NCBI GenBank assembly: GCA_046727955.1 | Contig: JBKPDO010000182.1 | Coordinates: forward strand, 410-64,409 | Length of the DNA stretch: 64,000 nucleotides | Direction: 5' to 3' | Origin: a bacterium | GTDB lineage: Bacteria > Actinomycetota > CALGFH01 | Shown: positions 19,366 to 29,009 of the stretch, piece by piece | Layout: every line of letters begins with the position of its first letter | How positions within the stretch are numbered: position 1 is the first letter of the stretch | The notes under the pieces: generated by a model | What the model saw: only the letters and a program-made list of their open reading frames with translations | Told to the model about the DNA's origin: nothing | The model's database searches: none | Program-made: the position numbers and the translations under genes

Positions 19366-20472
19366 GTGAGCGACTCGACTGACGAGCCAACACCTCCGTC
19401 GCCCGATCCTTGGGGACGGCGCACGCCGCCGCCGGAACCCGGCGGACCCTCCTGGGCCGGGCCGTGGTCGACACCCCCGGGCGCGGGTGGGCAGACCCGA
19501 CAGCCGAGCGGCGAGGGCAACGGCTGGCAGCCCACCTGGGGCCCACCACCCCGGGACCAGCGACCCCAAGACCAGCGACCCCAAGACCAGCGACCCCAGG
19601 ACCAGCGACCCCAAGACCAGCGACCCCAAGACCAGCCACTCCAGGGCCAGCCACTCCAGGGCCAGAGCCAGCGACCCCAAGGTCAGCCTCCGCAGCAGCA
19701 GCAGCCGCCGCCAGTGTGGCAGCAGCCGCCGCGGCAGCCCAGGGCTCCCGAGCGCAACCCGGTGCCCGTGCCACCCGCCGCACCGCGGATCCTCTGGCTC
19801 GAGCTAGGGCTGGTGCTGCTGCTGGCCTTTGCGCCCGGGCTCCTCAGCCTGCTCCTCGCCGCGCTCGGCGACGTCACCAACAACGAGCCGGCCGAGCAAC
19901 TCACGCCGGCCATCGTCGGCGGCATCTTCACTCTCTTCCTCTCCTGGTCGCCCGTGCTGCTCATCGGTTACCTGCTGGTCCGCAGCGGCGAGGGGTGGCG
20001 GGGCATCGGCCTCGGCCGCTTCGACTGGCGCGCCGACGGCTTGGTCGGGCTCGGGCTGTGGATCGCTAGCTTTATCCTGGTGCTCATCCTGGCGCGCGTT
20101 TTCGAGTTCCTCGGCCAGAACAACGTGGATTTCCTCCCGAGCCAGCTGCCGCTGTGGTTCCGCATCGTCGACGCCTTCGTCATCGCCATCACCGCGGGGG
20201 TCACCGAGGAGGTCGTGGTGCGCGGCTACGCCCAGACCCGGCTCGAGCAGCTCAAGATGCCGACGGCGGTGATCCTGCTGCTGCCGACCGCCATCTGGGG
20301 GCTCCTGCACCTCTACGAGGGCGCGGGCCCCACCGTCACCATCTTTTGCCTGGGCCTGCTCTACGCCTGGTACTACTACCGGACCAGGCGGCTGTGGCCG
20401 ATCATCATCGCCCACGCGCTGTTCGACCTGACCCAGCTCGCCCTGCTGCTGACGCAACCGCCGAGCACCTGA
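19366..20472 (+). CDS. CPBP-family intramembrane metalloprotease (CAAX protease / bacteriocin-processing family) with a Pro/Gln-rich repetitive N-terminal region
   Basis: EEVVVRGY (EExxxR) motif, LLH, and a second His-containing motif HALFD. RPQDQ is repeated five times by a 15-bp tandem repeat at about 19555-19635. Confidence 0.78.
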   Translation: MSDSTDEPTPPSPDPWGRRTPPPEPGGPSWAGPWSTPPGAGGQTRQPSGEGNGWQPTWGPPPRDQRPQDQRPQDQRPQDQRPQDQRPQDQPLQGQPLQGQSQRPQGQPPQQQQPPPVWQQPPRQPRAPERNPVPVPPAAPRILWLELGLVLLLAFAPGLLSLLLAALGDVTNNEPAEQLTPAIVGGIFTLFLSWSPVLLIGYLLVRSGEGWRGIGLGRFDWRADGLVGLGLWIASFILVLILARVFEFLGQNNVDFLPSQLPLWFRIVDAFVIAITAGVTEEVVVRGYAQTRLEQLKMPTAVILLLPTAIWGLLHLYEGAGPTVTIFCLGLLYAWYYYRTRRLWPIIIAHALFDLTQLALLLTQPPST

Positions 20473-20557
20473 GCCGCAGCACCTGAGCCGGACGGCGACA
20501 TACACCGCGGGCGTTGCCGACGGTCAGCAGGGGCGGCACTGAGGCGCTTCACGGCCA

Positions 20558-21397
20558 TCACTCGACCGGGTTGACGAGGGTGCCGAGGCCGTTGATCTGG
20601 ATGCGGACGAGGTCGCCCGATTGGAGCGTGACGTCGTCCGGCGGCACGATGCCGGTGCCGGTCAGCAGCACACAGCCGTGCGGGAAGCGCAGCTCGCGCC
20701 CCAGGTACTCGACCAGCTCCGCGAGCGGTCGCCGCATCAGCCCGGTCGAGGTCTCCCCCACGAACAGCGCGCGCCCGGAGCGGCGCACCTCGAGCCCGAC
20801 GGTGAACGGCGGCGCCACCGCGCCGACCGGCACCAGCGCCGGCCCGAGCGCGCAGCCGCCGTCGTAGATCTTCGCCTGCGGCAGGTAGAGCGCGTTCTCC
20901 CCCTCGATGCTGCGCGAGCTCATGTCGTTGCCGATCACGTAGGCGACCGGGCTGAGCGTCGCGTCAAGGACCAGGCCGAGCTCGGGCTCCGCCACGTCCC
21001 AGCCGGAGTCCGCCCGGATGCGGATGGGCTCCTCGGGCCCACGCACCCGCCAGCCGGCCGACTTGAAGAACAGCTCCGGCCGGCTGGCGTCGTACACGCG
21101 CAGGTAGAGGTCGGTGCTCGCCTCCGACTCCGCCACCCGCGCCTCGCGCGAGCGCTGGTAGGTAACGCCGGCCGCCCAGACCTCCTGCGACTGCACCGGC
21201 GCGACCAGGCGGTGGCCCTCGAGCCCGCCCGGCGCCGCGGGAGCCTTCAGCGCAGCGGCGAAGCCCCCGGGGCGCGCCAGGACCGCGTCCAGCGTGAGCT
21301 CATCGTCGAGCAGCTCGGCCGGCCCGTCCTCCACCGTCCCGCGCGCGAGCCGCGTCTGGCCGCCCGCCAGCTCGACGCGGAAGATCGCGGGGGACAC
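20558..21397 (-). CDS. Fumarylacetoacetate hydrolase (FAH) family protein
   Basis: 279 aa with an FAH-fold C-terminal region (...VIGNDMSSRSIEGEN...GTGIVPPD...). Confidence 0.8.
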   Translation of the reverse strand: MSPAIFRVELAGGQTRLARGTVEDGPAELLDDELTLDAVLARPGGFAAALKAPAAPGGLEGHRLVAPVQSQEVWAAGVTYQRSREARVAESEASTDLYLRVYDASRPELFFKSAGWRVRGPEEPIRIRADSGWDVAEPELGLVLDATLSPVAYVIGNDMSSRSIEGENALYLPQAKIYDGGCALGPALVPVGAVAPPFTVGLEVRRSGRALFVGETSTGLMRRPLAELVEYLGRELRFPHGCVLLTGTGIVPPDDVTLQSGDLVRIQINGLGTLVNPVE

Positions 21398-21465
21398 GGC
21401 CTACCGGACCGCGGCTGGGGACAGGCCGAGCACGGTCAACGGAGCTCCTCCCGCGGTGCGCCCGA

Positions 21466-21774
21466 TCACCGGACCCTCAGCTCCCCGCTGCCGATGCGCA
21501 GCAGGGAGCCCTCGCGGCGCTGGCCCTCTGCCCGATAGACGAAGCGGACGACCTCGCCTCCCTCGGCGTGAGCGATGGCTTCCGGCCCGGCCAGGTCGGT
21601 CTGGTTTTCGCTGTCCCTACCCGGACGCACGACGAACCGGACCAGCTCGGGCTGGGCCGGGAACCGTTGACCATTGCCGGTGGTGTAGCCGAACAGGAGG
21701 CGGGCCAGCTCTGCCTTGGAGTCGAGCGGCCGATGCCCCGCGAGACGGTGGTCGAAGACTATGACGTCGTACAT
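21466..21774 (-). CDS. Hypothetical protein (about 100 aa)
   Basis: ORF starting MYDVIVFDHRLAG with coding-like codon bias. No recognisable domain. Confidence 0.3.
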   Translation of the reverse strand: MYDVIVFDHRLAGHRPLDSKAELARLLFGYTTGNGQRFPAQPELVRFVVRPGRDSENQTDLAGPEAIAHAEGGEVVRFVYRAEGQRREGSLLRIGSGELRVR

Positions 21775-21902
21775 CGAGCACCTCCTCCCGGACGGTGGTG
21801 GCAGTCTATGGCACAGTCTCACGAACAGGCAGTTTCCCTCCCTTGTCAGCGCCATTCGGGTCGTCGAGACTGGATCGCACGCGGGCGGCGGGAGGAGGGC
21901 TT

Positions 21903-22055
21903 ATGGAGCTCGCCAAGGACAAGGCCCTGTGGATCTACGACCGGATGGTAACCATCCGGTCGTTCGAGGAGCGGGTCGCCAAGCTGTTCGCCGACAAGAG
22001 CCCGCAGCCGGCGCCTGAGGAGGCGCTCACCGACGTCTACGTCTCGTACCGCTGA
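21903..22055 (+). pseudogene. Remnant of TPP-dependent dehydrogenase E1 alpha subunit (acetoin/pyruvate dehydrogenase AcoA/PdhA N-terminus)
   Basis: ELAKDKALWIYDRMVTIRSFEERVAKLF is the E1-alpha N-terminal motif. The ORF stops after 50 aa. Confidence 0.6.
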
Positions 22056-22072
22056 CCGGGAGGGTCGAAGTC

Positions 22073-22730
22073 ATGGCTGTCGCCACTCGTACCGCCACCT
22101 TCCGGGAGGCCGTCAACGAGGCCCTGCGCCAGGAGATGGCTCGTGACCCCGACGTCATCCTCATGGGCGAGGACGTCGCCGGCGGCGCCACCGTCGCCGG
22201 CTTCGAGCAGGACGACGCCTGGGGCGGGGTGCTCGGCGTCACCAAGGGTCTGGTGCAGCAGTTCGGCCGCGAGCGGGTGCTGGACACTCCGATCTCGGAG
22301 TCGGGCTACGTCGGGGCCGCGGTGGGCGCGGCCGCCACCGGCCTGCGTCAGGCGGGAGGGCGACGGCGTCACGATCGTGGCCATCGGGCGCATGGTTCAG
22401 CTGTCGCTGGAGGCGGCCGAGACCCTTGCCGGCGACGGCATCGAGGTCGAGGTCGTAGACCCGCGCACGCTGTCGCCCCTGGACGACGAGGCGATCCTGG
22501 CCTCGGTGCGCAAGACCGGTCGTCTGGTGGTCGTCGACGAGGACAACCCGCGCTGCTCCATGGCCACCGATATCGCCGCCCTGGTCGCCAGCCGGGCGTT
22601 CGACCACCTGGACGCGCCCCCGCAGCTGGTCACCGCGCCGCACACGCCGGTGCCGTTCTCGCCCGTGCTCGAGGACCTCTATGTCCCGAGCCCTGAACGC
22701 ATCGTCCACGCGGTGCGCGCGACGGTGTAG
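22073..22730 (+). pseudogene. E1 beta subunit (AcoB/PdhB-like) with an internal deletion and frameshift
   Basis: The N-terminal segment (FREAVNEALRQEM...GEDV...RVLDTPISE) and the C-terminal segment (GDGVTIVAIGRM...VVDPRTLSPLD) lie in different frames. About 100 aa between them are missing. Confidence 0.65.
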
Positions 22731-22741
22731 GAACGGGCGTC

Positions 22742-24000
22742 ATGATCACCGAAGTGCGCATGCCGAAGCTCGGCATGGCGATGAAGAAGGGCGCTGTCAC
22801 CAGGTGGCTCAAGGCCGAGGGCGACGAGGTGAAAGAGGGCGCTGAGCTGTACGAGCTCGCCACCGAGAAGATCACCGCCACCGTGCCCGCGCCGGCCTCG
22901 GGCGTGCTCGGCCGTGCGGTCGCCCCGGCCAGCAGGGCCGAGCTGCCGGTGGGCGCTCTGCTCGCCCTGATCGGCGAACCGGGCGACGCCTTCCCCGGCC
23001 GTGGAGGACCTGGCTCCGAGCGCGCCGGCGCCGGCGACCACACCACCCGCGGCGGCAGGCGGGCCAGCCGGGCCAGCCGGGCCCGCCGGGGTAGGCGGGG
23101 TAGGCGGGCCAGGCGGGCCAGGCGGGGTGGGCCGTGTCCCAGCCAGGCTGGGCCGTGTCCCAGCCGGGGCTGCCGAGGGCGAGGTGCTCGCGTCCCCGGC
23201 GGCCAAGCGCCGCGCCCGCGAGCTGGGCGTCGCCATCGCGCAGGTGCCGCCGGCGGCGCCGGGCAAGCGCGTCACCACCGACGACGTGGAGGCGTTCGCC
23301 GCCGCCCAGACCGCCGCCCAGACCGCTCCGGCCGCCGGGCGAGTGGTTGCCTTCGAGGGCATCCGCAGGGTCGTCGCCGAGCGGCTGACCGAGAGCCTGC
23401 GGACCATGACCCAGGTGACGATCTCGCGTGAGGCCCAGGTCAGAGGGCTGGTCGCCTACCGGCGCGAGCTCGCGCCAGGGTTCGAGGCCGCCACCGGCAT
23501 CCGCCTCACCTACACTGACCTGCTCATCGAGACCGTGGCCAGGTTGCTGCCCGAGCACCCGCTGCTCAATGCGACACTTACCGACGAGGGCATCGTGGTC
23601 GCCGAGGCGGTGCACATGGGGTGGCGGTGGCGCTCGAGGACGGGCTCATCGTGCCGGTGATCCGGGACGCCGGCACCCGCCCGCTGGGCGAGATCGCGGG
23701 CGAGCGGCTGCGGCTCGCCGAGCGGGGCCAAGGCCGGCACGCTTGCGCTCGATGAGGTCGAGGGCGGGACGTGCCGCTGGTCGCGATCTCGACAGGGACC
23801 AACAACGTCGTTCCCACCATGGTCGACGGCACGGTCGCGGGCCTGGCCGCGGGGCTGGTGGCGGGAGGCGCCGTCCCGGCCGAGCAGGTGGTCCCGCGCG
23901 GCAAGCGGGTCGAGGTGACCGCCGGCGAGACCACCGATTTCGCGCTGATCGACGCCGCCGCCTGCGTCGACCCGTTCGTCGGCGCGCGGGCCGTCTGGGA
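22742..24000 (+). pseudogene. Dihydrolipoamide acyltransferase E2 (AcoC-like) with multiple frameshifts
   Basis: The lipoyl domain (EVRMPKLGMAMKKGAV...ELYELATEKITATVPAPASG), the E3-binding domain (ASPAAKRRARELGV) and the catalytic domain start are in three different frames. The linker is a Pro/Ala/Gly microsatellite. Confidence 0.65.
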
Positions 24001-24032
24001 CCCGGGACGCGTCCGCGCCCTGGTCCTGACCC

Positions 24033-24785
24033 GTGCTGCTGAACCTGGCGCGTCGCAGTCAGAGCATGGTCGAGCGCCAGCTCGAGCTGATCGCCGACCT
24101 CGGCGGCAGATCGACCAGCCAGGACGTGCTGGTCGAGCTGTCGGAGCTGGACCATCTCGCTGCCCGTATGCGCCGCAACGCCGACAACCTGGTCGTGCTG
24201 TCGGGTGCGGAGTCGGCCCGCCGCTGGCGGGGACCAGTGCTGGTCCGCGATGTCGTCGGCGCCGCCATCGACGAGGTCCGCGAGCACCGGCGTGTCGACC
24301 TGCTGCGGATCGATCAGGCACACGTCGCCGGCCATGCCTCCTCCGACGTGGTGCGCCTGCTCGCCGAGCTGATCGAGAACGGGCTGTCGTTCTCGGCACC
24401 CGAGACCAACGTGCTCGTCGCCGGGCAGGCGCTTCCCGCGGGCTACCTCGTCGAGGTCCAGGACCGCGGCATCGGCATGAGCGACCAGCAGGTCGCCGAG
24501 GTGAACCAGCGCCTGGCCGAGCCCGAGGACGTGGACCTGGCCCACGCCAGGATGCTCGGCTTCTTCGTAGTGGGGCAGCTCGCCTCTCGGCACGCCATCA
24601 AGGTGCAGTTGCGCCGTTCTTGGGAGGCCGGCGTGACCGTGCTGCTGCTGCTGCCGGCGGATCTGCTGGTCAGGCCGGAGGAGGCGGCCTGGCCCGACCC
24701 TTCCGGCTCGCGAGCGGCGATCCCGTGGACACCGGTGGCCCAGACCGGGCTTCCCCACAAGCCGGGGTCGCCGCACCGCCAGTAG
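24033..24785 (+). pseudogene. C-terminal HATPase-containing fragment of a CvnA (conservon)-like sensor kinase; N-terminal part absent
   Basis: LAELIENGLSFS...EVQDRGIGMS...RLAEPEDVDLAHARMLGFFVVGQLASRHAIKVQLRRS matches the actinobacterial CvnA-type ATPase. The ORF begins inside the decayed E2 region. Confidence 0.5.
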
Positions 24786-24962
24786 CTAAGCGTGGAGATG
24801 CGAGTGGTCGGGGCTTGGTGGATGCTGCCTGGCGGCCGGGCCGAGCCCGAACACGCCGAGGACGTTCTCGGTGACCCGACGGACCAGCGGCTCGTCGGCC
24901 AGGTCGCCCCAGCCAGCGCTGACCGGCTTCGGGACGACCGGTCAGGTCCTCAATGACGCTGC

Positions 24963-25247
24963 TTACGCCTCATGCGTTGGGCGCTGCAGGACGGCTGGAC
25001 GGTCGGACGGGTCCTGTGGGGGCTTGCTCTGATCGTTGCCGGGCGGGTCGGCGCCCTCGGCTTGGGCGCCCTCGGCTTGGGCGCCCTCGGCTTGGGCGCC
25101 CTCGGCTTGGGCGCCCTCGGCGATGCCCTTCTTGAACTCCCGTATCCCTTGGCCGAAATTGCGGCCCAGCGACGGCAGGCGGCTGGCTCCGAACAGGATG
25201 GCGAGCACCAGGATCACGATGAGGATTTTGTCGTCCACAGGCGACAC
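24963..25247 (-). CDS. tatA: Twin-arginine translocase subunit TatA/E, with an in-frame AEGAQ x4 repeat in the C-terminal tail
   Basis: ILIVILVLAILFGASRLPSLGRNFGQGIREFKKGI is the canonical TatA TM plus amphipathic helix. A 15-bp tandem repeat sits at about 25060-25120. Confidence 0.85.
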   Translation of the reverse strand: MSPVDDKILIVILVLAILFGASRLPSLGRNFGQGIREFKKGIAEGAQAEGAQAEGAQAEGAQAEGADPPGNDQSKPPQDPSDRPAVLQRPTHEA

Positions 25248-25517
25248 CTCCTTGGCGTCGAGGCGGTGGCGACCGCCGCGCCGGGACGGACGGGCGCGAG
25301 CACCCTGCCTGCCAGGGTCTCAGTGGCAGCATGAGAACTCGGTGAGCCAGCCCGACAAGACAGACAAGACACTGGTTCGCCGCCAGGGCGTCGCCGAGCG
25401 CCCTTGGCGGGCGGCCGGTGACCGTGGCCGTCAACGGCGGAGAAGTGGCGTTCAGCCTGCTCTCATCCACGGGTGGCGAGACTCTGCTCCGCCGGAGTAG
25501 CTCATCGGAGGAGCATC

Positions 25518-27098
25518 GTGGCCGTCCGTCGCCATCTGGCCATGACCGCGGGGGCCGTCATCCTCGCCGGGCTGGCGGCCGCCGTGGGCGCCGTGGCCAC
25601 GGCGCCCGGCTCGGGCCGTCCCGGGGCGACCCTGGCACCGCCGGCACCTACGCCGGGGCCCGCGGCGGCGGCGCAGGCAAGGGGCAGCTGGGTGGCGCGG
25701 GAGAACCAGCGGCCCGGCACGAGCGGCTGGCTGATCACTCGGGCCGGCGCCACCGATGCGATCGAGGGGTGGGCCGACCACGTGAGCGCCGCCAGCGGCG
25801 ACCCGGTGCGGCTGTTCGTCTCCACCACCGCGCCCCGGTTCCGCGTCGAGGCGTACCGGATGGGCTGGTACGGCGGGCTTGGCGCCCGTCTGGTCTGGCG
25901 CTCCGCCCAGCTGCCCGGCCGCCAGCAACCGCCGCCGACCCGCACCCCTGGCACGAATATGCTTGCCACCCACTGGCGCCGGTCGCTCACCCTCAGAGTC
26001 GGGCCGGCCTGGCCGCCGGGTGACTACCTGCTCAAGCTCGTCGCCAGCAGCAGCCAGCGGTACGTGCCGCTCACCGTCCGGGATGACGCCAGCCACGCGG
26101 CCCTGGTCGTGCAGAACGACGTCACCACCTGGCAGGCCTACAACCTGTGGGGCGGCTATGACCTGTACCAGGGCCCGGACGGGTCGGCGGCCACCCGCTC
26201 CAGGGTCGTCTCCTTCGACCGCCCCTACGACTGGTCCGGCAAGGGCGCCGGCGACTTCCTCGGCAACGAGTACCCGCTGGTCCGCCTGGTCGAGGCGCTT
26301 GGCCTCGACGTGACCTACTGGACCGACGTCGACCTGCACGAGCACCCTGAGCGGCTGCTGGCTCACCGGGCGCTGGTGTCGCTGGGCCACGACGAATACT
26401 GGTCCACCCGGATGCGCCGCGGCGCCGAGGCCGCCCGTGACCACGGCGTCAACCTGGCCTTCCTGGGCGCCAACGCCATCTTCCGGCACATCCGCCTGCA
26501 GCCCTCCCCGACCGGCCCGGACCGGGAGGAGGTCAACTACAAGCCCTGGTCGGCGCGTGACGACCCGGCCTGGCGGACCGACCCGGCCGAGGTCACCACC
26601 GACTGGCGGGAGCCACCCCTGCGCGACCCGGAGAGCCGGCTGCTCGGCGACCTGTACGAGTGCAACCCCGTCAACGCGGCCGGGATCGTCGTCGACCCGG
26701 CGGCCTGGCCGTTCGCCGGGGCGGGGGTGCGGGTGGGCACCGCGCTGCCGGGGCTGGTCGGGTCAGAGTACGACCGGGTCCAGGCCGCAGCGCCACGGCC
26801 CGCCGGGGTCGAGCTGCTGCTGCACTCGCCCGTCCGCTGCCGAGGGCGGGCCAGCTTTGCGGACGCGACCTATTACACCGCCCCGAGCGGGGCCGGCGTG
26901 TTCGACAGCGGCACCAGCTCCTGGGTCTGCCAGCTGCAAATGGGCTGCGCCGACGGCCGCCGCTCGCCGCTGACCGCCCGGGTCGTCCGGGCCGCTACCG
27001 TCACCCTGCTGCGGGTGTTCGCCGCAGGGCCGGCCGGGCGGCGCTACCCGTCCCACTCCAACCTGGCTCGCTTCGACATCGCCCCAAGCGGCCTTTAG
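25518..27098 (+). CDS. Secreted hypothetical protein; weak resemblance to N,N-dimethylformamidase beta-subunit-like family
   Basis: GTG start with a ggagga RBS and a signal peptide. Contains LGHDEYWS...NLAFLGANAIF. The family assignment is tentative. Its stop codon directly abuts the 98-bp inverted repeat at 27099. Confidence 0.6.
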   Translation: MAVRRHLAMTAGAVILAGLAAAVGAVATAPGSGRPGATLAPPAPTPGPAAAAQARGSWVARENQRPGTSGWLITRAGATDAIEGWADHVSAASGDPVRLFVSTTAPRFRVEAYRMGWYGGLGARLVWRSAQLPGRQQPPPTRTPGTNMLATHWRRSLTLRVGPAWPPGDYLLKLVASSSQRYVPLTVRDDASHAALVVQNDVTTWQAYNLWGGYDLYQGPDGSAATRSRVVSFDRPYDWSGKGAGDFLGNEYPLVRLVEALGLDVTYWTDVDLHEHPERLLAHRALVSLGHDEYWSTRMRRGAEAARDHGVNLAFLGANAIFRHIRLQPSPTGPDREEVNYKPWSARDDPAWRTDPAEVTTDWREPPLRDPESRLLGDLYECNPVNAAGIVVDPAAWPFAGAGVRVGTALPGLVGSEYDRVQAAAPRPAGVELLLHSPVRCRGRASFADATYYTAPSGAGVFDSGTSSWVCQLQMGCADGRRSPLTARVVRAATVTLLRVFAAGPAGRRYPSHSNLARFDIAPSGL

Positions 27099-27196
27099 CG
27101 CCGATTCTCGCGACAGCGAATCCGACCCCAACTTTGCGTCTTGGTGGGACGGGGCGGTCAGTCGAACTCGAACCGGAGTCGTCGTCCGTGCCACCA
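27099..27196. repeat. 98-bp element, copy A (perfect inverted repeat of 33583-33680)
   Basis: cgccgattctcgcgacagcgaatccgaccccaactttgcgtcttggtgggacggggcggtcagtcgaactcgaaccggagtcgtcgtccgtgccacca. Its exact reverse complement is present at 33.6 kb. Confidence 0.9.
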
Positions 27197-28140
27197 GGGC
27201 ACGGCCACCTCCGGGATGTCGGCTTGGCGCAGCACCGGTGAGTACGTGCGGCGCTTCAGGCGCACGACGATGGTGTCTGCCTGGTTGATGATGACGCCGC
27301 CGGTCGACAGGAAGCGGCGCTGGAGGGTGTCGGGGGTCGCCGCCTGGTAGCCGGTGAGCCGCCGGCGGAGCCAGGCACAGACCGCGCCGAGCGGGTGCGC
27401 TGCGAGCGCGCGGGCACGTCGTGGCGCTGCAGGGCCACGTCCTCGCCCCAGTGCATGATCGCGTGGAAGTCCAGGTCCAGGTCCAGGTCCAGGTCCCCGC
27501 CCCGCCCGGCGACGAGGTCGGCCTGCAGCATCGCTTGGCCGAGCGCCCCCAGGAAGGCGACCTGGCGGGCGTGGGAGAGGCGGTAGGAGTAGGTGCACAG
27601 CGCGGTCGCCGTCGGCAGGGCGACCAGGCAGGCGAACAGCCCCGCGCCGGCGTCGGCGGCGAGGTCGTCGACGTGGCAGACCTCCTCCCGGAGCACCTCG
27701 GCCACGCCGGTGCGGTTGAGCGGCGTGGGGGTGCCGGCCAGCGCCTGGGAGATCTCGGTCGCCGACAGGCCCTGCTGGCGCAGCCCGATGATCGTTGGCC
27801 GAGCGGCGTCCTTGGCCGGTGCGGTCGTCGGCCCCGGCCGGGGCGTGGCGAACAACCCGGTCTTGCCGGCCCGGAAGTCCCGCACCGCAGCGCGCAGCGT
27901 CGCCACCGACCAAACCCGCGCGCCGCGCGGCGTCGGCGGCGGAGGACCCCTCGAAGAGGTACGCCCGCAGGGCCTCGTAGCGGCGGTGGTTGGGGTTGGA
28001 CGGCCAGGCGAAGAACTCTCCGCCCGCCCGGGCAGGCGCCACCCGTGCTGGGGTCGATCTCGCTGCCTGTGGCATACCGCAAGCAGCTCGGCTCTCAGGG
28101 CAGGAGTCAACCGATCCTGGCCAGGAATGCCTCCGACCAC
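27158..28140 (-). mobile_element. Degenerate IS-type transposase ORF (frameshifted), 3' end terminating inside repeat copy A
   Basis: Two overlapping minus-strand frames. One carries a possible HTH-like segment, LSATEISQALAGTPTPLNRTGVAEVLREE. The other carries ...TGGVIINQADTIVVRLKRRTYSPVLRQA...WHGRRLRFEFD ending within the IR. A (LD)4 microsatellite is present. The IS family was not determined. Confidence 0.45.
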
Positions 28141-28268
28141 GTCATCCTGAGCCTCAGCTCTTGGTCCCGCCCTGATCCCGGCTCACGTATCCTCGCAGCC
28201 CAGGAGCGGCCTCGGCCTCCATGAGCTCGGCGGCTGTCTTGAGATCCACGGCCCCGCGGCGGCGATCC

Positions 28269-29009
28269 TTATCCGGCCAATCCGTCGCCGGCGGCGACCA
28301 GCTCGGAAAGGGTCACCGTCCGTAGCCCGCGCTCACGCAGCCCTTCGAGGATCAGCGGTAGCGCCGCCAGCGTCCGCTCGGGCGCGCCCGGGCTGCCGTC
28401 CGCGTCGTGCAGCAGTAGGATCGCGCCCGGCGCGGCGGCGCGCAGGATGCGGGCGGCGATCAGCGCGGGCGTCGCGCGCTGCTCCCAGTCCCTGGCCCAG
28501 GCGCTCCACAGCGTCCGGCGCATGCCAAGCCGCGGGGCCGCGCACCAGCCGGCCAGGTTGAACACGCCGTAGGCGGGACGGTAGAACCGCGGTGGGTGTC
28601 CACAGGCGTCCGCGATGGTGTCACGGGCGCGGCGCAGCGCCACAGTAGTCGCCCGGGGCGGCAGCCTGGCGAGGCTGTGGTGGGTATCGCCATGGCAGGC
28701 CAGCTCGTGGCCCGTCGCGACGGTCAGCCGCGCCAGCCCAGCCGCGCGGCGCACGCCCTCACCGAGCACAAAGAAGGTACAAGGCGAACTGTCGAGCGCC
28801 GCCAGGAAGCGCCCGACGAGGGCGGGGTCCGGCCCGTCGTCGAAGGTGAGCGCGAGCAGCGGCTCAGCTGTGCGCACCGAGCAGAGCACCAGCCGGTCGC
28901 CCAGGAGCCGCCGCCCGGGCCGCGTGGCCGCCGCGGCCACGCCCCAATAGCTGACCGCGGTGACCGCGGCGGTCCCGGCGGTCGCGGCTGTCACGCGGCG
29001 CGGCCTCAT
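28269..29009 (-). CDS. Polysaccharide deacetylase (NodB homology domain) with N-terminal TM anchor
   Basis: LTFDDGPDP (motif 1), HGDTHHSL and LLHD motifs. The start ATG overlaps the stop of the upstream gene (ATGA). Confidence 0.8.
   Translation of the reverse strand: MRPRRVTAATAGTAAVTAVSYWGVAAAATRPGRRLLGDRLVLCSVRTAEPLLALTFDDGPDPALVGRFLAALDSSPCTFFVLGEGVRRAAGLARLTVATGHELACHGDTHHSLARLPPRATTVALRRARDTIADACGHPPRFYRPAYGVFNLAGWCAAPRLGMRRTLWSAWARDWEQRATPALIAARILRAAAPGAILLLHDADGSPGAPERTLAALPLILEGLRERGLRTVTLSELVAAGDGLAG

Noticed and set aside
27141-27350. Small ORFs MVGRGGQSNSNRSRRPCHQ... at 27141 (+) and the N-terminus of 33314-33637 (-).
   Set aside because: They are identical only because they read through the two copies of the 98-bp inverted repeat, and are not a conserved peptide. 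The real Usp homology starts after the repeat.
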